Positions 54,101 to 64,000 of a stretch of 64,000 nt of DNA are shown here, in pieces. Source of the stretch: Lingula anatina. Lineage: Eukaryota > Animalia > Brachiopoda. Each line of letters opens with the position of its first letter. Positions within the stretch are counted from its first letter, which is position 1. Both the position numbers and the translations under genes were made by a program. The DNA lies in assembly GCA_051362555.1 (NCBI GenBank), contig CM120648.1:13512587-13576586 (forward strand). The letters are read 5' to 3'. A model generated the notes under the pieces. That model did not search any database and was not told the DNA's origin. It saw nothing but the letters and a program-made list of their open reading frames with translations.

Positions 54101-56180
54101 TAAATTAGACACCCGTGACGTGATAAGTTTTTGTCAGATTTTCATTGTTGTAAAGCATCATTTGTACAAATTTCACAAAGATTGGACAACATATATCAAA
54201 ATTATTAACGTTTAACTATTTTGATCCATGGAATTGGCCATTGTTTTCAACGTAATTTTTAGTTTTCTTGAATATATTATGCGAAAAAATCCATTTCATT
54301 AGACACAGGCAATTGATAATTTTATCTCAGAGTATTACAGTTGTTACGGTAAGCATCATTTGTACAAATATCACAAACATTAGACCACATTTGTCAAAAC
54401 TATTAACATTTAACTATTTTTATCCATGGGATTTGCCATTGTTTTCAAGGTAATTTTTAGTTTTCTGAAATATATTGTCCGAAAAATAGTTTTGATTACA
54501 CGCAGTTAACTGATAATGTTATCTCAGATTTTTATTGTTATTAGGCATCATTTATACAAATTTCACAAACATTGGACAAGATTTGTGAAAATTATTAACA
54601 TTTAACTATTTTATTCCATGGAATTTTCCCTTTTTCCAGGTAAGCCTTCCCTTGCAGCCTTGTGGCTTCTTGGTTGACAGACTCTACCTGTCTCTTCATT
54701 GCTAATGTCTATAGAAAAAACAGGCATTGAAAGACAACATGGAGAGCAGTAATATATCTCATCCATGTTTGCAATACATGATATGTGGCAAGATTAAGGA
54801 CATGGTCAAATGGTGTGCTAACAGTCCTATTCCAGAAACCCACTGTAAGGATGAGTCTGCATCTGGTATTGGTAGTAAGGAGAAGTCTTGCTTGGTTATA
54901 TGTTGTTTTTCAGAGAACAATAATAGGTAATTTGCCATTTCCTACACAAACAAACACAAGTCATCACATTTGTTGTTTTATTTGAGATAAAATGATTTAT
55001 TGGAATATTGAAATATTTGTTTTTGTAAGTTCTCACTCCTCTGATATGAGTTGGCCATAAAATACACTTAAATTAAACACAGGGATGTGATAATCTTTTC
55101 TCAGATTTTTATTGTTGTAAACCATCATTTGTACAAATTTCACAAAGATTGGACCACATTTGTCAAAATTATTAACGTTTAACTATTTTGATCCATGTAA
55201 TTTGTCATTGTTTTCAATGTAATTTTTAGTTTTCTTGAATATAATGTCCGAAAAATAGTTTTGATTACACACAGTTAACTGATAATCTTATCTCAGATTT
55301 TTATTGTTATTAGGCATCATTTATACAAATTTCACAAACATTGGACCAGATTTGTGAAAATTATTAACATTTAACTATTTTATTCCATGGAATTTTCCTT
55401 TTTCCAGGTAAGCCTTCCATTGCAGCCTTGTGGCTTCTTGGTTGACAGACTCTTCCTGTCTCGTTATGGCTAATGCCTATAGAAATGACAGGCATTGAAA
55501 GACAACATCAGGAGCAGCTGTGCTCTGTCTCATCCATGTGTGCAATACATGATATGTGGCAAGATTAAATACATGGTCAAATGGTGTGCTAACAGTCCGA
55601 TTCCAGAAACCCACTGTAAGGATGAGTCTGCATCTGGTATTGGTAGTAAGGAGAAGTCTTGATTGGGTATATGTTGTTTTTCAGAAGACAATAACAGGTA
55701 ATTTGCCACTTTCTACACAAACCAACACAAGTCATCACATAAGTTGTTTTATTTGAGATAAAATGATTTATTGAAATATTGAAATATTTGTTTTTCGTAA
55801 GTTCTCACTCTTCTGATATAAATTATCAATAAAATACACTTAAATTAAACACAGGGATGTGATAACCTTTTCTCAGATTTTTATTGTTGTAAAGCATCAT
55901 TTGTACAAATTTCACAAAGATTAGACCAGATTTGTGAAAATTATTAACGTTTAACTATTTTGATCCATGTAATTTGCCATTGTTTTCAATGTAATTTTTA
56001 GTTTTCTCGAATATATTGTCCGAAAAATAGTTTTGATTACACACAGTCAACTGATAATCTTATCTCAGATTTTTATTGTTATTAGGCATCATTTATACAA
56101 ATTTCACAAACATTGGACCAGATTTGTGAAAATTATTAACATTTAACTATTTTATTCCATGGAATTTTCCCTTTTTCCAG
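51165..56180. repeat. 3-monomer higher-order repeat, 2508 bp, two copies
   Basis: Spacings 967, 768, 773 occur twice, and ORFs are offset by 2508 (51343 vs 53851, 52219 vs 54727). Confidence 0.92.
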
Positions 56181-59100
56181 GTAAACCTTCCATTGCAGCC
56201 TTGTGGCTTCTTGGTTGACAGACTCTTCCTGTCTCTTTATGGCTAATGCCTATAGAAAAAACAGGCATTGAAAGACAACATGGAGAGCAGTGTTATATCT
56301 CATCCATGTGTGCAATACATGATATCTGGCAAGATTAAGGACATGGTCAAATGGTGTGCTAACAGTCCGATTCCAGAAACCCACTATAAGGATGAGTCTG
56401 CATCTGGAATTGGTAGTAAGGAGAAGTCTTGCTTGGTTATATGTTGTTTTTCAGAGAACAATAATAGGTAATTTGCCATTTCCTACACAAACAAACACAA
56501 GTCATCACATATGTTGTTTTATTTGAGATAAAATGATTTATTGGAATATTGAAATATTTGTTTTTCGTAAGTTCTCACTCTTCTGATATGAATTGACAGT
56601 AAAATACACTTAAATTAAACACAGGGATGTGATAATTTTTTCTCAGATTTTTATTGTTGTAAACCATCATTTGTACATATTACACAAAGATTGGACCACA
56701 ATTGTCAACATTATTAACGTTTAACTATTTTGATCCATGTAATTTGCCATTGGTTCAATGTAATTTTTAGTTTTCTCGAATATATTGTCCGAAAAATAGT
56801 TTTGATTACACACAGTCAACTGATAATCGTATCTCAGATTTTTATTGTTATTAGGCATTATTTATACAAATTTCACAAACATTGGACCAGATTTGTGAAA
56901 ATTATTAACATTTAACTATTTTATTCCATGGAATTTGCCCTTTTTCCAGGTAAACCTTCCATTGCAGTCTTGTGGCTTCTTGGTTGACAGACTCTTCCTG
57001 TCTCTTTATGGCTAATGCCTATAGAAAAAACAGGCATTGAAAGACAACATCAGGAGCAGTGCTCTGTCTCATCCATGTGTGCAATACGTGATATTTGGGA
57101 AGATTAAAGACATGATCAAATGGTGTGCTAACAGTCCAATTCCAGAAACCCACTGTAAGGAGGAATCTGCATCTTCCATCTGCATCTGGTATTGGTAGTA
57201 AGGAGAAGTATTGATTGGGTATATGTTGTATGTCAGAAGACAATAACAGGTAATTTGCCACTTCCTACACAAACAAACACAAGTCATCACATCTGTTGTT
57301 TTATTTGAGATAAAATGATTTATTGGAATATTGAAATATTTGTTTTTGTAAGTTTTCACTCTTCCACTATAAATGGCCATAAAATACACTTAAATTAGAC
57401 ACCCGTGACGTGATAAGTTTTTGTCAGATTTTCATTGTTGTAAAGCATCATTTGTACAAATTTCACAAAGATTGGACAACATATATCAAAATTATTAACG
57501 TTTAACTATTTTGATCCATGGAATTGGCCATTGTTTTCAACGTAATTTTTTAGTTTTCTTGAATATATTATGCGAAAAAATCCATTTCATTAGACACAGG
57601 CAATTGATAATCTTATCTCAGAGTATTACAGTTGTTACGGTAAGCATCATTTGTACAAATATCACAAACATTAGACCACATTTGTCAAAACTATTAACAT
57701 TTAACTATTTTTATCCATGGGATTTGCCATTGTTTTCAAGGTAATTTTTAGTTTTCTGAAATATATTGTCCAAAAAATAGTTTTGATTACACGCAGTTAA
57801 CTGATAATGTTATCTCAGATTTTTATTGTTATTAGTCATCATTTATACAAATTTCACAAACATTGGACAAGATTTGTGAAAATTATTAACATTTAACTAT
57901 TTTATTCCATGGAATTTTCCCTTTTTCCAGGTAAGCCTTCCCTTGCAGCCTTGTGGCTTCTTGGTTGACAGACTCTACCTGTCTCTTCATTGCTAATGTC
58001 TATAGAAAAAACAGGCATTGAAAGACAACATGGAGAGCAGTAATATATCTCATCCATGTTTGCAATACATGATATGTGGCAAGATTAAGGACATGGTCAA
58101 ATGGTGTGCTAACAGTCCTATTCCAGAAACCCACTGTAAGGATGAGTCTGCATCTGGTATTGGTAGTAAGAAGTCTTGCTTGGTTATATGTTGTTTTTCA
58201 GAGAACAATAATAGGTAATTTGCCATTTCCTACACAAACAAACACAAGTCATCACATTTGTTGTTTTATTTGAGATAAAATGATTTATTGGAATATTGAA
58301 ATATTTGTTTTTGTAAGTTCTCACTCCTCTGATATGAGTTGGCCATAAAATACACTTAAATTAAACACAGGGATGTGATAATCTTTTCTCAGATTTTTAT
58401 TGTTGTAAACCATCATTTGTACAAATTTCACAAAGATTGGACCACAATTGTCAACATTATTAACGTTTAACTATTTTGATCCATGTAATTTGCCATTGGT
58501 TCAATGTAATTTTTAGTTTTCTCGAATATATTGTCCGAAAAATAGTTTTGATTACACACAGTCAACTGATAATCGTATCTCAGATTTTTATTGTTATTAG
58601 GCATTATTTATACAAATTTCACAAACATTGGACCAGATTTGTGAAAATTATTAACATTTAACTATTTTATTCCATGGAATTTGCCCTTTTTCCAGGTAAA
58701 CCTTCCATTGCAGTCTTGTGGCTTCTTGGTTGACAGACTCTTCCTGTCTCGTTATGGCTAATGCCTATAGAAATGACAGGCATTGAAAGACAACATCAGG
58801 AGCAGCTGTGCTCTGTCTCATCCATGTGTGCAATACATGATATGTGGCAAGATTAAATACATGGTCAAATGGTGTGCTAACAGTCCGATTCCAGAAACCC
58901 ACTGTAAGGATGAGTCTGCATCTGGTATTGGTAGTAAGGAGAAGTCTTGATTGGGTATATGTTGTTTTTCAGAAGACAATAACAGGTAATTTGCCACTTT
59001 CTACACAAACCAACACAAGTCATCACCTAAGTTGTTTTATTTGAGATAAAATGATTTATTGAAATATTGAAATATTTGTTTTTCGTAAGTTCTCACTCTT

Positions 59101-59286
59101 CTGATATAAATTATCAATAAAATACACTTAAATTAAACACAGGGATGTGATAACCTTTTCTCAGATTTTTATTGTTGTAAAGCATCATTTGTACAAATTT
59201 CACAAAGATTAGACCAGATTTGTGAAAATTATTAACGTTTAACTATTTTGATCCATGTAATTTGCCATTGTTTTCAATGTAATTTT

Positions 59287-59334
59287 TATGTACAGACACA
59301 GATGTGTCTGTACATATTGCCATCACCTGCGTCT

Positions 59335-59365
<31 letters not shown>

Positions 59366-59417
59366 CCGATGCCGATGCCGTCGCCGATGCCGGCGCCGTG
59401 CACTTTCAGTGTTATTA
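59287..59417 (+). mobile_element. ~129-bp insertion in the satellite: perfect hairpin plus GC-rich microsatellite, resembling the end of a non-autonomous Helentron (HINE/DINE-1-like) element
   Basis: It interrupts the consensus AATTTTTAGTTTTC. TATGTACAGACACA-GA-TGTGTCTGTACATA is a perfect 14-bp inverted repeat, followed by (GCCGTCGTC)n/(GCCGAT)n. The insertion is seen directly, and the family call is by architecture only. Confidence 0.7.
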
Positions 59418-61915
59418 GTTTTCTCGAATATATTGTCCGAAAAATAGTTTTGATTACACACAGTCAACTGATAATCTTATCTCAGATTTTTATTGTTATT
59501 AGGCATCATTTATACAAATTTCACAAACATTGGACCAGATTTGTGAAAATTATTAACATTTAACTATTTTATTCCATGGAATTTTCCCTTTTTCCAGGTA
59601 AACCTTCCATTGCAGCCTTGTGGCTTCTTGGTTGACAGACTCTTCCTGTCTCTTTATGGCTAATGCCTATAGAAAAAACAGGCATTGAAAGACAACATGG
59701 AGAGCAGTGTTATATCTCATCCATGTGTGCAATACATGATATGTGGCAAGATTAAGGACATGGTCAAATGGTGTGCTAACAGTCCGATTCCAGAAACCCA
59801 CTATAAGGATGAGTCTGCATCTGGAATTGGTAGTAAGGAGAAGTCTTGCTTGGTTATATGTTGTTTTTCAGAGAACAATAATAGGTAATTTACCATTTCC
59901 TACACAAACAAACACAAGTCATCACATATGTTGTTTTATTTGAGATAAAATGATTTATTGGAATATTGAAATATTTGTTTTTCGTAAGTTCTCACTCTTC
60001 TGATATGAATTGACAATAAAATACACTTAAATTAAACACAGGGATGTGATAATTTTTTCTCAGATTTTTATTGTTGTAAAGCATCATTTGTACATATTAC
60101 ACAAAGATTGGACCACAATTGTCAACATTATTAACGTTTAACTATTTTGATCCATGTAATTTGCCATTGGTTCAATGTAATTTTTAGTTTTCTCGAATAT
60201 ATTGTCCGAAAAATAGTTTTGATTACACACAGTCAACTGATAATCGTATCTCAGATTTTTATTGTTATTAGGCATTATTTACACAAATTTCACAAACATT
60301 GGACCAGATTTGTGAAAATTATTAACATTTAACTATTTTATTCCATGGAATTTGCCCTTTTTCCAGGTAAACCTTCCATTGCAGTCTTGTGGCTTCTTGG
60401 TTGACAGACTCTTCCTGTCTCTTTATGGCTAATGCCTATAGAAAAAACAGGCATTGAAAGACAACATCAGGAGCAGTGCTCTGTCTCATCCATGTGTCCA
60501 ATACGTGATATTTGGGAAGATTAAAGACATGATCAAATGGTGTGCTAACAGTCCAATTCCAGAAACCCACTGTAAGGATGAGTCTGCATCTGGTATTGGT
60601 AGTAAGGAGAAGTATTGATTGGGTATATGTTGTATGTCAGAAGACAATAACAGGTAATTTGCCACTTCCTACACAAACAAACACAAGTCATCACATTTGT
60701 TGTTTTATTTGAGATAAAATGATTTATTGGAATATTGAAATATTTGTTTTTGTAAGTTTTCACTCTTCCACTATAAATGGCCATAAAATACACTTAAATT
60801 AGACACCCGTGACGTGATAAGTTTTTGTCAGATTTTCATTGTTGTAAAGCATCATTTGTACAAATTTCACAAAGATTGGACAACATATATCAAAATTATT
60901 AACGTTTAACTATTTTGATCCATGGAATTGGCCATTGTTTTCAACGTAATTTTTAGTTTTCTTCAATATATTATGCGAAAAAATCCATTTCATTAGACAC
61001 AGGCAATTGATAATCTTATCTCAGAGTATTACAGTTGTTACAGTAAGCATCATTTGTACAAATATCACAAACATTAGACCACATTTGTCAAAACTATTAA
61101 CATTTAACTATTTTTATCCATGGGATTTGCCATTGTTTTCAAGGTAATTTTTAGTTTTCTGAAATATATTGTCCGAAAAATAGTTTTGATTACACACAGT
61201 TAACTGATAATCTTATCTCAGATTTTTATTGTTATTAGGCATCATTTATACAAATTTCACAAACATTGGACCAGATTTGTGAAAATTATTAACATTTAAC
61301 TATTTTATTCCATGGAATTTTCCTTTTTCCAGGTAAGCCTTCCATTGCAGCCTTGTGGCTTCTTGGTTGACAGACTCTTCCTGTCTCGTTATGGCTAATG
61401 CCTATAGAAATGACAGGCATTGAAAGACAACATCAGGAGCAGCTGTGCTCTGTCTCATCCATGTGTGCAATACATGATATGTGGCAAGATGAAATACATG
61501 GTCAAATGGTGTGCTAACAGTCCGAATCCAGAATCCCACTGTAAGGATGAGTCTGCATCTGGTATTGGTAGTAAGGAGAAGTCTTGATTGGGTATATGTT
61601 GTTTTTCAGAAGACAATAACAGGTAATTTGCCACTTTCTACACAAACCAACACAAGTCATCACCTAAGTTGTTTTATTTGAGATAAAATGATTTATTGAA
61701 ATATTTGTTTTTCGTAAGTTCTCACTCTTCTGATATAAATTATCAATAAAATACACTTAAATTAAACACAGGGATGTGATAACCTTTTCTCAGATTTTTA
61801 TTGTTGTAAAGCATCATTTGTACAAATTTCACAAAGATTAGACCAGATTTGTGAAAATTATTAACGTTTAACTATTTTGATCCATGTAATTTGCCATTGT
61901 TTTCAATGTAATTTT

Positions 61916-62037
61916 TATGTACAGACACAGATGTGTCTGTACATATTGCCATCACCTGCGTCTGTCGTCGCCGTCGTCGCCGTCGCCGATGCCGATGCCG
62001 TCGCCGATGCCGGCGCCGTGCACTTTCAGTGTTATTA
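61916..62037 (+). mobile_element. Second copy of the same insertion (~120 bp) at the same position in the subrepeat
   Basis: Junctions and hairpin are identical to the first copy, with one 9-bp GCCGTCGTC unit fewer. Confidence 0.7.
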
Positions 62038-64000
62038 GTTTTCTCGAATATATTGTCCGAAAAATAGTTTTGATTACACACAGTCAACTGATAATCTTAT
62101 CTCAGATTTTTATTGTTATTAGGCATCATTTATACAAATTTCACAAACATTGGACCAGATTTGTGAAAATTATTAACATTTAACTATTTTATTCCATGGA
62201 ATTTTCCCTTTTTCCAGGTAAACCTTCCATTGCAGCCTTGTGGCTTCTTGGTTGACAGACTCTTCCTGTCTCTTTATGGCTAATGCCTATAGAAAAAACA
62301 GGCATTGAAAGACAACATCAGGAGCAGTGCTCTGTCTCATCCATGTGTGCAATACGTGATATTTGGGAAGATTAAAGACATGATCAAATGGTGTGCTAAC
62401 AGTCCAATTCCAGAAACCCACTGTAAGGATGAGTCTGCATCTGGTATTGGTAGTAAGGAGAAGTCTTGATTGGGTATATGTTGTATGTCAGAAGACAATA
62501 ACAGGTAACTTGCCACTTCCTACACAAACAAACACAAGTCATCACATCTGTTGTTTTATTTGAGATAAAATGATTTATTGGAATATTGAAATATTTGTTT
62601 TTGTAAGTTTTCACTCTTCCACTATAAATGGCCATAAAATACACTTAAATTAGACACCCGTGACGTGATAAGTTTTTGTCAGATTTTCATTGTTGTAAAG
62701 CATCATTTGTACAAATTTCACAAAGATTGGACAACATATATCAAAATTATTAACGTTTAACTATTTTGATCCATGGAATTGGCCATTGTTTTCAACGTAA
62801 TTTTTAGTTTTCTTGAATATATTATGCGAAAAAATCCATTTCATTAGACACAGGCAATTGATAATTTTATCTCAGAGTATTACAGTTGTTACGGTAAGCA
62901 TCATTTGTACAAATATCACAAACATTAGACCACATTTGTCAAAACTATTAACATTTAACTATTTTTATCCATGGGATTTGCCATTGTTTTCAAGGTAATT
63001 TTTAGTTTTCTGAAATATATTGTCCGAAAAATAGTTTTGATTACACGCAGTTAACTGATAATGTTATCTCAGATTTTTATTGTTATTAGGCATCATTTAT
63101 ACAAATTTCACAAACATTGGACAAGATTTGTGAAAATTATTAACATTTAACTATTTTATTCCATGGAATTTTCCCTTTTTCCAGGTAAGCCTTCCCTTGC
63201 AGCCTTGTGGCTTCTTGGTTGACAGACTCTACCTGTCTCTTCATTGCTAATGTCTATAGAAAAAACAGGCATTGAAAGACAACATGGAGAGCAGTAATAT
63301 ATCTCATCCATGTTTGCAATACATGATATGTGGCAAGATTAAGGACATGGTCAAATGGTGTGCTAACAGTCCTATTCCAGAAACCCACTGTAAGGATGAG
63401 TCTGCATCTGGTATTGGTAGTAAGGAGAAGTCTTGCTTGGTTATATGTTGTTTTTCAGAGAACAATAATAGGTAATTTGCCATTTCCTACACAAACAAAC
63501 ACAAGTCATCACATTTGTTGTTTTATTTGAGATAAAATGATTTATTGGAATATTGAAATATTTGTTTTTGTAAGTTCTCACTCCTCTGATATGAGTTGGC
63601 CATAAAATACACTTAAATTAAACACAGGGATGTGATAATCTTTTCTCAGATTTTTATTGTTGTAAACCATCATTTGTACAAATTTCACAAAGATTGGACC
63701 ACATTTGTCAAAATTATTAACGTTTAACTATTTTGATCCATGTAATTTGTCATTGTTTTCAATGTAATTTTTAGTTTTCTTGAATATAATGTCCGAAAAA
63801 TAGTTTTGATTACACACAGTTAACTGATAATCTTATCTCAGATTTTTATTGTTATTAGGCATCATTTATACAAATTTCACAAACATTGGACCAGATTTGT
63901 GAAAATTATTAACATTTAACTATTTTATTCCATGGAATTTTCCTTTTTCCAGGTAAGCCTTCCATTGCAGCCTTGTGGCTTCTTGGTTGACAGACTCTTC

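Larger units (their letters stand above)
15181..64000. repeat. Macrosatellite array, ~58 monomers of ~770 or ~963 bp, running off the window end
   Basis: The anchor TTCCAGGTAA recurs with GT at 15443, 16214, 16995, 17765, 18535, 19305, 20078, 20852, 21623, 22586, 23547 and so on to 63185 and 63953. Spacings cluster at 764-781 and 961-981 bp, and the ORF track repeats with the same periods. Confidence 0.98.

Noticed and set aside
59243-59563. Arg-rich (protamine-like) or Ser/Pro-rich ORFs
   Set aside because: They are translations of the inserted microsatellite running into satellite sequence.
15209-63530. Recurrent 60-113 aa ORFs in the array as a tandem gene family
   Set aside because: They overlap in several frames on both strands, many use non-ATG starts, they are frameshifted by A-run changes between monomers, and they show no recognisable domain.
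15181-64000. CRISPR-like array
   Set aside because: There are no unique spacers, the whole units are homologous, there are no cas genes, and the context is eukaryotic.

Overview
AT-rich eukaryotic (probably invertebrate animal) DNA with no credible protein-coding gene. Positions ~1-15,180 are unique or low-copy sequence with microsatellites, two minisatellites, a MITE and a related fold-back, and a chain of + strand splice signals outlining a possible non-coding transcript. From ~15,180 to the window end is a macrosatellite of about 58 monomers (57 intact anchors counted by eye plus one truncated unit). Each monomer is a ~460-bp core plus 1.6 or 2.6 copies of a ~193-bp subrepeat, giving ~770 or ~963 bp, and monomers form higher-order repeats of 6175, 5404 and 2508 bp. 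The most notable signal is that the core looks like an amplified terminal exon. Every intact monomer starts with a fused acceptor/donor (branch-like TTAAC, pyrimidine tract, CAG|GTAAR), resembling a recursive-splicing site, and many end in a poly(A) signal. All splicing and function statements are inference from motifs, and all counts and coordinates were made by hand.
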